The notes: generated by a model from the sequence alone, not told the origin. Shown: positions 26,260 through 39,387, numbered from the stretch's first letter. The stretch is DNA of 64,000 bases from Eledone cirrhosa (GCA_964016885.1 OZ024742.1:310496001-310560000); one strand, 5' to 3'. A program made the numbers and translations.

Positions 26260-26982
26260 GTCTTTGCACACATAATAAAAATCAAAGCAATCTTTATTCA
26301 TACGAGGAGGAGAATACATGACACTTTCAGAGTTTTGAAAAGTACTTTTATTTTGATGCATAAATTACAGATCTTTGTAAATTTATCGATTATGTCTTCA
26401 TTTCATTCCAGAATTAATATAATTTAAAAGCATAACTCTCGTTATGTTAGAGATACCATCATATCTTCGATTTAATCCAATATCTACGACTATTGAAAGC
26501 GCAATACTCGAAAACACTTCATGACCAACAGAATTGTGTAGGTTCGTTCTAATATAATCAAAATTTAGAATTGAACATAACTATTTTTTTAATTTTATCT
26601 CCCACCTCAACAAGTGAGAAAATGAAAGGAAAAGTTGATATTAGCAATATATTTTATTTTTATCTGCATCAACCATACGGAATTTTGCTTTAAAGTAGTT
26701 AAATAATGATTTCGTTGATTGGTAGAAGACAATATTCAGTACAATATTCAGTTATAAATTACACTGTGAATGTCGGTAAAAAAACACGAGTCAACCCCAC
26801 AGGCCTTGAACTCATAAGTGCGGAATAATATATTGTTCTAGCAATGAATCCTGCTCTAAATGTGAACTTCTCCATCGATGTTGACGAGGAAGGTTGTGTC
26901 CATGTATTTAATGCATGGAATATGAAAAAAGCCAACTATGAATAATTATGTGGTGATTAAAAATCCAATATTAATCAATGAC

Positions 26983-28010
26983 AGGGCGGTGGATTTGCAG
27001 AATCATTAGAGAGTCGGATGAATTGCTTTTATCATTTAATTGCGGCCTCTGCCTTCTGAATTGAAATCACACCGAGATTACCTTTTCTTTTTATCCATCT
27101 GGGGTCAATAAAATGTTTTAAATAGAATTTCTATATTAAAATGTATATATATATAATAAATAATTTACAAAATATTTCTACAATAATGTGAGTATGTGTC
27201 CGTGTAACATACAGCGGGTCCGAAAACAAAGGAACTAAATTCCCACTGTCACTGCCTCGTCTCTCCCGCTCTCCCCATTTCTCACTATTATAAGCAAATG
27301 GGAGCCCACGCTCTGGCCGCCCCATGGCCTCGGCGGAGAGAATAGAGAAGGCGTTTCCCCGGAGGATGGTGAAGGAGACGCGCTGGAAAAGCCATTCCAG
27401 CTCGTGAGGCTATAAAATAAAGAGCCAGTAAAGTAATGGGGACGAAATACTCGATATCTGGCCTTGTGCCTGAATTAGAAATCATTATTGAAATGGTTGG
27501 ATATTATCAAAATTGGTAGAGTGCTGTATAAAGTTCCATTGTGGTACATGTTCTGGCTCTTAACATTCTGAGTTCAATTTTGCCTTTCATCATACCAGGT
27601 TCGATAAAATATTGTCTCAGTGAAGTATTGACGGTTGATTTAATCAACTTTACCCCTCCCCCAAATTGTTTGATCTTGTGCCTAAATTAGAATTCAATAT
27701 TAATTAATAATTTTTGCAATAGGCACAAGGCCAGCAATTTAGATGGAGGGGAAAGTCGATGAAATCGACCCCAGTTCATTACTGGTGCTTTATGTTATCG
27801 ACCCCGTAATGTTGAAAGGCAAAACTAACCTCGGCGGGATTTGAACTCAGATTGGTAAGGGGCGTAACTCGATACTGCAAAGCATGGTGTCCGACGCTCT
27901 ATCGATACTGCCAACCCACCGCCCTAAAATCAATATTAATTGTTTCTACTTTAGTCCCAAAGCCAGCAATTTGAAGAGGAGGGGAACGCCGATTAATTTT
28001 ATCAACCCCT
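26983..28010. mobile_element. Cluster of SINE-A copies on both strands (about 26983+, 27425+, 27490+, 27710-, 27940-)
   Basis: Body and tail matches; the 27710-27925 copy is flanked by TCAATATTAAT on both sides. Confidence 0.75.
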
Positions 28011-28419
28011 TCAATATCGATATCAATTAATATAAATATAATTTTTAGTGTTATTCCGGCAAATACCAGAGACAGACAAGAGAGGGGCTATTTCGGTGTT
28101 GTCAACTTATTTTATATGTTTATTATTTTTAAAAGTTCAATGTTCCTTGCAATATATATAGTAACAGAAATTTATCCAAATACTATTTGGCGTTTTGTCG
28201 AGAAAAAATGAGGAATTAAAAAAATACTAGCTTAATTTCATCAATTAACAATTAGAAATATCCATAAACACATTAAACTTATCACATTGAAATCTATCTA
28301 TTTTATTATAGGCGGATATATGTACAATAACACACACGTGCACGCACGTACATACATATTAAAGTAACAACATATCCTACACAAACGCGCGCGCATACAC
28401 ACACACACACACGCACACG

Positions 28420-28489
<70 letters not shown>

Positions 28490-28517
28490 CCATATATATA
28501 TATGTATATATATATAT

Positions 28518-28549
<32 letters not shown>

Positions 28550-28982
28550 ACAAACATACATGTGTGTGTGTGTGTGTGTACAGAGACATGCAGGGCAGAA
28601 ACCTTTACATACACACACAGAGAAAAACTATCAAGGAGTGTGTAAATCGGTCTATGTAATTTACGAGGAGAAAAACCACACTCATATTCAAACTTGATAT
28701 ATGAACTAAGAAACTCTCTACGCATCGTGTGTGGCGAATTCAGAATGTCAGTTATACTGTTTTATAATTGTAAAAAAAATGTACTACTTGCGGCTGTTGT
28801 TTAGACCAAGGTCAGTCCTGACCAAAGAGACCATGGGTTAGATGCGCGATCATTCAGTTTGTTTTAGAGTTATCTAAGACTACATTATCTAAAATGTTCT
28901 TTTTTGTGCTTATCAGAACAGCGGCCTAAGATTGTAGATAGATTTGACTACTCTTTCATGCTTATTCTTTCTATCTACAATG

Positions 28983-29176
28983 CAGACCTGTCAACTCTCC
29001 CCATCCGACGGGGAGATCTCCCACCCAATTTGGGGTGAGTGAAAAATGTCTTCTCTTGTGAAAATAAGTATAGCTTTCATTCTGTAAAATCTTCCCATTT
29101 TGCCTCATTTCTCCCCGTTTTGGTGCAATCTTTTTCATGGCACACCCGTGGGTGTTTTTAGAGGTTGGCAGGTCTG
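28983..29176. mobile_element. 194-bp MITE with 13-bp TIRs and a 6-bp TSD
   Basis: CAGACCTGTCAAC ... GTTGGCAGGTCTG; ACAATG immediately outside both ends. Confidence 0.8.
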
Positions 29177-29634
29177 ACAATGGAAACAGGTACGAGATTA
29201 TTAACATGCTACATTCTTAAATGAATATACTTAGTTTTTAAATAAATATATATCGTCGTATGAAGGCGTCGAATTGGAAGAGTCTTTAGAACGTCAGATA
29301 GAATGTTTTGTGGTATTCGGTCCAGCTCTCTGCTCTCTAAATTCAAAACCTTCGGAGGCCAACTTTAAGAGGTCGATTAAAAAAAGTACAAGTTCATATT
29401 CTGGATACTTTATTACGTTGAGTGAATGATGTGCCTCACTGATAAGATCACTGCATAACAGAGAAATATATATATATGTATAGAAGAAATAGGATTTCGC
29501 TTCAAGCATAGCTTTATACAATTTGTATAAATATTTCGTATCTCCAAAGAAATACGGTCTTAGGAAGCCGTAGCTAAGCAAACACCGGGGGGCTAACGCC
29601 CTCTGGTGATGTCTAGCAGAAGCAAGGGGGACAA

Positions 29635-29676
29635 CCGTCTATGCATTTCAGGCTTAACTGGCCTTCGTCAGGACGG
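29635..29676 (-). ncRNA. Minimal type I hammerhead ribozyme (PLE type)
   Basis: CCGUC-CUGACGA-AGGC(caguuaa)GCCU-GAAA-UGCA-UA^GACGG; perfect stems I and II, palindromic UGCA loop III. Confidence 0.85.
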
Positions 29677-30181
29677 GCCCCCCCCCCCACCGCTTGCAAC
29701 TGCTGGACTAGAAGACAGGCGAGAATAAATACTTTTATCGTCTGTGTAAATGAGGTGATTAATCTCATTTGCATATGAAGCTGCATAAGTTGGCTCAACT
29801 TATAATATATGTATGTTTGTATGTATATATGTGTGTGTGTGTGTGTATGTGTGTATGCGTGTGTGCATGTGTGTGTTTGTGAGTGTGTGTTTGAATGAGT
29901 ATTTGTCTATGTTGGTATGATTTCGAAAGCTTCTCCAGGTTAATATTCAATCAGTTGGTTCTCACTGCCAGAAATATGTTTTTAATAGCCAACAATATAT
30001 GAGAACGGATATTTAAAATATAAATTGATCATAATTTGATAAGGTTGACATATGAGTAATCTATCAAAATCGGTGATATGTGATAACAATTAAATTCACT
30101 TACTTTAACAAATATAAGCTTTTTCATTTTTAGTCTATACATATATATCTATATCTACATCTATCTATATATATATATATC

Positions 30182-30276
<95 letters not shown>

Positions 30277-30446
30277 ATTATGTTACTCAACAAAGGAAGC
30301 TCGATGAACATTACATTCAGAGTATATTTTATAGATACTTAAAATATATATCAAAAGTTCTTTTTCATATATCAACGTGAGAAACAAAAACTATAATTAT
30401 GTACACACACACACACACACAAACACACACATACACACACACACAC

Positions 30447-30960
30447 TGCCAGAAATAATAACAGAACACACTCACTGTTTAGTTGGTTTTCGCTTCTGTA
30501 TATTTTATATCTCCACAGTTAATTCATTCGGTCCTTAATGTTTACCATTGACTGACCAACGGTAAAAAATACAGATATAATATAGATATAAACGCATAAA
30601 TATAGTCTAACAAAGTTCTTTCGTTGCACATCTGCAGCATCGTCAGTGGTACTATTATCTTCCTCCTCTTGTATTGTATATCTACGCCATCAGAAAAGAT
30701 GGCGTAGATATACAATACATCAGGAGGAAACATAATAGTACCACTGACGATGCTGCAGATGTGCAACGAAAGAACTTTGTTAGACTATATTTATGCGTTT
30801 ATATCTATATTATATCTGTATTTTTGACCGTTGGTTAGTCAATGGTAAACATTAAGGACCGAATGAATTAACTGTGGAGATATAAAAGATACAGAAGCGA
30901 AAACCAACCAAACAGTGAGTGTGTTGTGTTATTATTTCTGGCAATATTATTACAACAATA
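30447..30960 (+). mobile_element. About 500-bp near-perfect fold-back element with a hammerhead-like motif on each arm
   Basis: Arms 30447-30691 and 30698-30943 with a 6-nt loop; CTGACGA (30744) .. TGCA-gatg-TGCA .. GAAA (30768), mirrored at 30619-30646. Confidence 0.8.
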
Positions 30961-31088
30961 TATATATATATAACAACAAATAATGAATGGACTCACTTAA
31001 ATTGTAATTATTCAATTCGCAATAGAATATAGTCAAAACAAATTTCCATTCTAATCATAAAAAGACCCACCACAAACAAGCAGGTTAT

Positions 31089-31272
31089 AAACAATATCTA
31101 CTCTTCACCTCAAGCCATCCAAAACATGAAAACAAATATTCCATTTAATCTAACGAGAAGAATTTGCACAATTGTCTTAAATCATAAAACTCGGAATAAA
31201 AGACTCCAAGAATTAAAATAAATTCTACTCGAAAGAGAGTACCCATCATTACTAAAAGACAACGGAATGTAA
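31089..31272 (+). pseudogene. Penelope-like element RT thumb/linker fragment
   Basis: KQYLLFTSSHPKH/KTNIPFNLTRRICTIV..RNKRLQELK*ILLEREYP matches the PLE YLxxxSxHP..IP..RRIC..L..RGYP signature; one frameshift and one stop. Confidence 0.75.
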
Positions 31273-32864
31273 TGTGTCAAACCAATATGTCCACCGAGAG
31301 CTGTTGTTACGGCATCTTCTAAGTGAGGAAAACTTGGAAGGGAAACCTGCAGTTTACGTGATGTCAATGGTGGTGGCAGTGCTGGCGATGGTGGTGCTGG
31401 CAGTGTTGGCGTAGATAAACCCCGTTGACGTGTTGGTGACATGGTTAGGGTTTTGTGAAGAATATATATAATGAACTGAAATGGGTATTCTTCAGGGTTC
31501 TACTAGTTAGAAAGGCGACACATTAGCAGAATCGTTAGAGCATCGGACAGAATGCTTTGCGTTATCACTTCTGACTCTCTGCGTTCCGAGTTCAAATACA
31601 ACGAAAATTAACTTTTTTTTCTCATTTAGAGTTTGATATAAAACGTACCTCTTTCGAGTGCTGGGGTAGATTCTTCCTCGATATCTCTTTTTCACCTCCA
31701 CTCTCTCCCTCACTCTGTTTGTCTCTCTCACTCATACTATCTCTCTCTCTCTCTCCCCCTCCCTCCCTCTCTCCATGTACATCTCTTTTTCTGTCTCTGT
31801 AAGAAATAGGTTGCGTTTAGACATGGAGGCGGAATTTGTACGATCTTCACGTGTTAATTGTATGCATACAACTATCTCAGGCTGTTCCTGTCTGAATGGA
31901 TCAACTTTAGATAAAATTAATATAATTTATATGTAATAAAGAGATGGAATTCTGACTGTTACGATGATGAACGTTTCAGTTGTTCGATCAACGGAACAGC
32001 CTGCTCAAGAAATTAACACGTGTACCATTAACCCTTTAGCTAGCACTTAAACGGCTGTATCTGGCCAGAATTCTCTCTCCTCTTGCTGTTCAAACTAGCT
32101 GTAATCGGTCACTAATACCGACGTTAAAGTATTGTTCTCAAAATAAATGATATCAAAATCTCGTAAATGATATTAAAATCTCGATACTGTAAAAATGCAA
32201 TAGTAAATATAGAGTACTGTAAATGCAAAAGGATTAACGTAATTCTTAGGTAGATTCAGTGTGAGACAGCGTGTGACAAGGTCGGTCTATTGAATTACAC
32301 TTACAGTCCATCTGGCGGGTTTTCAAGCACTTTCCGTCTACCAAATGTCACTTACTCGACCCGAGCCTAAGGTAAATGACATTTGTTCAGGAGAACACGC
32401 AACCACAACTAAAATATCACAGCTCATATGATGAATAGTTTTCTAGTAAGTGGGTTTGGTTTCGAGCCTCTACGTTCTGAGTCCGAATCCTACCAAGGAA
32501 AAGTTTACCTTTCCTCCTTCCCACGGCGACACTCCTACGTATCCATGAGAAGATCACACCTACCCCCACCTCTCACGGACTAGTTAGTTATATTAAATAT
32601 AAAGCAATGAGCAAATGTGCACTAAGTTGTATGTTAATTCAAAGTTGGTCTATAAATTCAATTTCGTCCTTAAAAACAACAGCTGGAAAACATACCTAAC
32701 GTCTGTTGAGAAAGACATTTAAAAAAACGTAAAACCGAAAAAATAACGTTTTGTAGTTTTTCTTCATTTTTCTTTATATATACTTATACACTTTCTCTGT
32801 GACACTTGCATATAAGTTACAATAACACACCGTACATATGTCTATGGGCGCGTGTTTCTTTATA

Positions 32865-32953
<89 letters not shown>

Positions 32954-32958
32954 CATAA

Positions 32959-33025
<67 letters not shown>

Positions 33026-33073
33026 CGTTTGTTTCTGTGTGTGTGTATATAGGTTTCCCTTTCTGTCGCTCTC

Positions 33074-33159
<86 letters not shown>

Positions 33160-33463
33160 AGTGTATACTAATTTATGTTTGTATATGTATAAGTGTATAG
33201 GACTGTTGTATACATATGCATGCACATATTCATCACTCTGTTTATCCTTGTACAAACACGAACACACTCACAGACACACACACGCACACATATATATATA
33301 TGCCTGCATACATAATACATACATAATTGACACTGAATTTGGCTCTATACGTACAGATATAACTGTATTAATTATGCTTGAATAAACGGAAGCATGCAAA
33401 CATACATATGTATTTTTTGGTGTTTTATTTTCTCTGTATGGACGCGAATATTACGTATGCATG

Positions 33464-33495
<32 letters not shown>

Positions 33496-33525
33496 CACAC
33501 ACAAATAAAATACACATATACATAT

Positions 33526-33557
<32 letters not shown>

Positions 33558-33603
33558 GGAAAAAATGGAATTTCATTTCTCACTCTTAGTACGGCTGATA
33601 CTT

Positions 33604-34055
33604 AAATATAAGTGTGTATACGTACATACATATATGTATACAGACGTACAGTTGCATGTATTTACATACATACATGCACACATGTATATATATATATATG
33701 TACGTATGGGTTTACCGAACATTTATTATAATGTCCGGTTTGTTTGTAAACAAACAGCCCCAATTAATCCGTACAGTGTACGGCAACCATCGTTGCCCTT
33801 TTGTTCAACACTGACAAAGGAACGATGAACTAGTTTCTAGCTTATTAGCTGTCATCAGCACCGTATACCTTCCTGTCAGTCGATTGAACATTTGAAAGTA
33901 TATACTTTCCTTACAAACAAACCGGACATTATAATAAATGTTCGGTAAACCCATACGTACATATATATGTATATATATATGTGCATGTATGTATGTATAT
34001 ACATACTACTGTACGTCTGTATACATATATGTATGTACGTATACATACTTATATT

Positions 34056-34056
<1 letters not shown>
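33604..34056 (-). mobile_element. Fold-back insert, arms about 145 bp, hammerhead in the spacer
   Basis: 33604-33749 is the reverse complement of 33911-34056. Confidence 0.75.
33823..33863 (-). ncRNA. Minimal type I hammerhead ribozyme
   Basis: CGGUG-CUGAUGA-cAGCU(aaua)AGCUa-GAAA-CUAG-UU^CAUCG; palindromic CUAG loop III. Confidence 0.8.
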
Positions 34057-34091
<35 letters not shown>

Positions 34092-34522
34092 GGTGTGTGG
34101 TGTGTGGTGTGTGCGTGCATAATATATATCACGAAGCATAGTCTGTTCTGAAGAAGCTGAACACCGTGGATCTCAATCTCCATCTGTCCTTATGTTCTCC
34201 TGTATATTCACAGCATTTTAAGTCTCTTCAATTTGTGATTTCAAAAAACAAGTGTGTCCCAAGCCTGAAAGTCGATCAGGCAGGTACTAAACAGGTCTCT
34301 AATCTATCGCAGAATTAACCCCAGCTGCTCCTGGTACTCAATTTCAACCTGAAAATAAAGTTTTCTCCTCTATAATGCAATGTGTTACCCGTTCAAATAT
34401 TCGATTCTACATTACAATTATATGTCCAACGCCCTAACCACTAAGTCGTGCATCATCACTGGTATTATACATCTTGGTTTTCTTTCCATTAATTTTGTTT
34501 TCTATTGAGGAGCGATACTGTA

Positions 34523-34563
<41 letters not shown>

Positions 34564-34957
34564 GTGATGGTGAATTGTCGGAAACTTGTCTAGTATGGTC
34601 AAATATCCTGCCATGACTCCATGTCTAAAACCCTCCTTCAAGGCACAATGGAAAGGCGAAGAAAAGACAAAGAAAATCCTAGTCCGAGAGCATCAAAGAC
34701 TGGACAGGTCACAACACAGTGACCCTTCTATGAATGATGGAGAATATAAACCAGCAGCAATGGTTGATTTTGATAGAGTCCTGAGTGGCACCCAAAAAAT
34801 TGGCTGCACATTTGCGGGAATTTGAGGATATAACATATATAACATGGAGCCCTGAAGAATTGCCTTGCCTCCCACACAAAAAAAAGCGGTTAATAGTTAT
34901 CAGCCTGATTGAAAATTTATACTGTATTATGATACTGTTTCTTTCGTTCGTCTTAAC

Positions 34958-35005
<48 letters not shown>

Positions 35006-35180
35006 CATACACAAACACGCACACATATATATATATATGTACATATATATACACATATATTCATATATATATATATATATACTATATATAGAGTTATAAA
35101 CTCAAACAGTCTTTTACAATTAAATAGCTCAAAGAAAGAGATATTTCTGAGCCGTGAAATACAAATTAATATAAATTAAT

Positions 35181-35496
35181 ATATGATAAACACTAATACA
35201 AGTATATAAGTGTTTGTATTGCAAATGACCAAGTTAGCTAGATTGAAAAATACTAATTAATACTAATTAATACCTGCAGCTAAGCAGAGAAATGGAATTT
35301 TCGCTTATTGTTGCGAAACAGATTTGAGTTTTGAAATTTAAATTTGTCCAGGTATCACGGCTATTGCCAACATGGGTTTGTTTTTATTGATTTATTATTT
35401 TAAATCGAGACAGGCAAACTGTATTAATTAGTATTTTTCAATCTAGCTAACTTGGTCATTTGCAATACAAACACTTATATGATTGTATTAGTGTTT

Positions 35497-35501
<5 letters not shown>
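35181..35501. mobile_element. Fold-back or MITE with about 80-bp inverted arms in TA context
   Basis: ATATGATAAACACTAATACAA..GAAAAATACTAATTAATAC and its reverse complement at 35421-35501. Confidence 0.7.
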
Positions 35502-35531
<30 letters not shown>

Positions 35532-35535
<4 letters not shown>

Positions 35536-35670
35536 ATGATAATAAATTTGAAGACTAAAATCCAAAGAGAGCTCGATAAGGATAAATATATATATCAAAT
35601 ATGTAAGAACCGTAGAGCAAATATTTATTAAAATAACAGATTAAACTTTAATCTGTTATTTTAATAAATA
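35532..35670 (-). mobile_element. PLE-derived family A insert with a terminal hairpin
   Basis: Long arm 35532-35645, inverted arm 35647-35670, (TA)n on both sides. Confidence 0.8.
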
Positions 35671-35686
35671 TATATATATATATATA

Positions 35687-36548
35687 CGTTTGTATATGCA
35701 TAATAAAGCCAAAACAATGCAGGTATGGACATAGAATAAAGAATGCAAATGCAAAAGATATTGTTGATTTATTTAAATGTCCTTAATTTTCGAGATAATA
35801 TCTCTTCTTCGTTTAAGAAACACCTAGTTAAATGCAAAAACACCAACAAAACCATAACAGTTAGTATAGAAACTAAGGAAAGAAACCTCGGCAATCTTAG
35901 AATTAAGGAAGCACTAATTATAGACAAAACACACCTACCAATCAATAATAGACTAAAACTCAACACCCAATTTATAACTTGATAGAGCATCTAGCCCCAT
36001 ATTTACACCCCCTCCCACACACACGCACGCACACACACACGCACACACACGCACACACACACAGACACACACACACACGCTTACACCTCCAGTTATTCTC
36101 TCTCACACACACACATACACACACAAAGACCAGTTCTAACACGAGATAACATCTATCCCCCACATTTACGTGTAGACATATCTTCTCACACTCACACACA
36201 CACATACTTACACCTTCACGCATTCTCCCACACACTTAAACAGGCATGTACAAAAAAAAACTTTTAAAGGGAGACTACTCTTTATCCACCTAACCTTAAC
36301 TCTTTGATATTAGAGATACAACAGATACTCTATACCATTTCTTGTCAGCATGACTTGGCAAGCTATTTAGAACACTGGTTTAACCGCTTTACTTCCCTCC
36401 GAAGAAGAGATATTATCTCGAAAATTAAGGACATTAAAATAAATCTAAGGTAAAAGACTAATTGTCAACAATATCTTTTGCATTTTCATTCTTTATTCTA
36501 TGTCCATACTTGCATTGTTTTGGCTGTATTATACATATACAAACGTTT
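35687..36548 (+). mobile_element. 5'-truncated Penelope-like element: inverted pLTR, GIY-YIG C-terminus, pLTR
   Basis: 35687-35810 is an inverted copy of about 36400-36548; ORF remnant KKHL..IETKERNLGNLRIKEALII..PINNR (GIY-YIG motif R..KEA.I..P.IN); decayed hammerhead CCGAAGA-aGAGATAtTATCTC-GAAA at 36399-36423. Confidence 0.75.
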
Positions 36549-36591
36549 ATACCTCATTACACAATGCTTCAAGTGAACTATAACTTCCTCC

Positions 36592-36662
<71 letters not shown>

Positions 36663-36869
36663 AATAGATAATCTTTTATACACATGTCTAATGATTTCTT
36701 AGGTATATATGCTATCAAACATAGTCATGCGTGTACAAACATTGAATAATATCCTTCTAAATCTAGAACATACAAAACCCTATAATATATGCTTATTTTT
36801 GTTTTTGTCGCTATATATCGCAGACTTATATATACACACACACACACACATACATATATATACATTTAT

Positions 36870-36909
<40 letters not shown>

Positions 36910-36933
36910 TTATGCACACACACACACACACAT

Positions 36934-37014
<81 letters not shown>

Positions 37015-38101
37015 AATAGACACATCGCTGACCATAATGATATATTAGAATGATATGATATATTACAAGGCACCGTAAAATATTCTCAACACAACCCGAA
37101 ACAAAGCATTATCAATACGTCAGTAATCTTTCGAGATTTTTCATAACGATAAAGGTTTTGAAGATAATTCCTCTGATGTCTCTTCCCTTCTGATAATTGT
37201 TCACATTGACGTTCTTGTCTTTAGATTTTACTACTCTCTTCTACAAGTTGATTAACGATAAACGATATTTCTTGCTTCATTACATTGACTCGCCTTTTCA
37301 TTGGATCTATATAGTTCAGTATAGTTAGTGCATTGTTATGATTGTTGCTGTTAATCTGTTGCTGTTCATTTCGCTGTTGAAGTCATTGTTGATATTGATG
37401 TATATTTTGCATTTCCACCCTACAGGGTTTTTCTATACCTAGAAGTTCATTGTCTAATCTGGCGAAATCTTCCATAAATATTTACTATTTAATTAATATG
37501 TTGCCAAACGAATGCTCTATTTGACTTACATTCTACATCCTGCTTGACATATATAGCGATACTACAGCAGATTAATCTGTAAACAGAATCATAGAATCAT
37601 ATGGATAGATATTTCATGATGCGTAAATAATAATCTCTGAAAAAAACATAATGTTAATCTCATATTTTTTTCTGTGAACATACGGAATAATTGAAAGAAT
37701 TTACCTGTCATGATTTGAAACAACGTTTCAAATTGAAAACTAGTTATATTTACATTAAATATTTATAAAATATTCTAAGACACGCTGTGTACTAGGATAC
37801 ATATTTATTACCTAACTAGCAGAATGACATGGCGTCACCCCGGATCTTAATATTCGTGAGGATTTTCTTTTATTTTTTGGTAAATATAAGTGACTTAACC
37901 TATAGCACATACACTGATTACAAAATATACTCTTACCACCCCGTTGACACATAAAGACTCATAAATACTGGCTCGCAATTGCTGATTCCAATATATATGT
38001 ATGGACTGATGGATGTAGGTAGGTAGGTAAAGTATGTATGCAGTGAGGTATATATGTATGTATATACGGATATATGTGTGTTTGTATGTGTGCGCGTGTG
38101 G

Positions 38102-38290
38102 CAGGGCTGTGGATTGGCAGTATCGGTAGAGAGTCGGACGCCATGCTTTCCAGCATAGTTACGTCCCTTTACAGACTGAGTTCAAATCTCGCCGAGGTTA
38201 ACTTTGCCTTTCATCCTTACGGGGTCGATAAAATAAAGTACCAGTAATGTACTGGGTAATTGCTAGCCTTGTGCCAAATGTAGAAACAAT
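38102..38290 (+). mobile_element. Full-length SINE-A (short subfamily)
   Basis: Head to tail match. Confidence 0.88.
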
Positions 38291-38369
38291 ATATATGTAT
38301 TTACAGACTCCTACTGCACAGAATTATACACATACATACTGACACACACACACATACTATGGCACATAG

Positions 38370-39240
38370 AAAGGGGTCGTGCTGTCCAACAGCGTTGTAT
38401 TCGCTGGACGGAGGGTAGGACTGAATGGTTAAATAGCTGATGGGGTTGGTTTGTCCAGATCTACAGTTGGACAAGAACTGGGAAGAGTTGATGAGTAGGG
38501 TTTACAATCTCACCCCAAAATGGCCCGAAATGAAGCTATCCCTGAAATGTAGGGCAGAGGTGACTAACATCTTAATCACCTATTACAGCTTGAGCGTTGA
38601 AACTTGCCACACTTCACCTCCGATCGTCTGCTCTTTCGCTTCTGTTCAGGGGACATATTCAACGGATCATATGATCCATTCGTTGTTAAAACCCGCTGAA
38701 CGGAGAACTAAGATTACTGTGGTTGATGATACATAGACATGCGCCGTGACTGCGAAATCTTCCTTATGGATGCCGTACCTCGTCACTTTGACAGAAATGT
38801 AATAATTTATCAAGGGAATATTCAGTGTGGCCGCTTAGTAAATGGAATGTCGTAAACAACACATAGCCCTCTATCAATCTGATAAGCCGGTCGATCTATG
38901 TTCGATTTTGTCATTCTACAGAGGAATAATGATAGGCAAAACTAATGACATTTTCTTGTGAACTCTCACGCGTAGTTCGGATACGGCTTTCAGATGTGAT
39001 GTCGATAGGGATTATCGCACTACCACCTACCTATGACTGGGAACAGAAGGTCGTTTTCGTGTCTATTAGCTATGGCGAAAGATGTTTTGTTGTGGACGAC
39101 ATTGAAAGCGTTGAAGACAGATATGTTTCCTTTTGACCAAGCCCACATCAATTTTTTCTGTTTTATTTGAAAAGAAAAATTGAAGGTGGAATGGTAAGTG
39201 GTACCACACAGCAAATTTTGGGAAAGGTGGGTAAGAATTC
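38370..39240 (+). mobile_element. Old degenerate Tx1 ORF2 3' fragment
   Basis: GLVCPDLQLDKNWEELMSRV..KWPEMKLSLKCRAEVTN aligns to GVWFGPDLQMEKNWNEVTNKV..KWAGRNLSLRSRAEVAN of the 2371-8260 element. Confidence 0.75.
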
Positions 39241-39387
39241 TTTATTGATTCATTCGGCAAACTATAAGTATGTAGTTCGCCTTCCGTCAGTGAAACTGTT
39301 TACTGTTTGTGTTTCGCAATGGTCAATATAATGTTTGATAACATGTTTATTAGAATTGAAAGTAATTATTATTAATACTCTGCTAAA

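Noticed and set aside
34586-34930. Possible GIY-YIG tail (KILVRE..PSMNDGEY) followed by CTGAAGA; similar faint PLE hints at about 9050-9130, 13300-13600 and 37150-37330
   Set aside because: Too degenerate to support without a profile search
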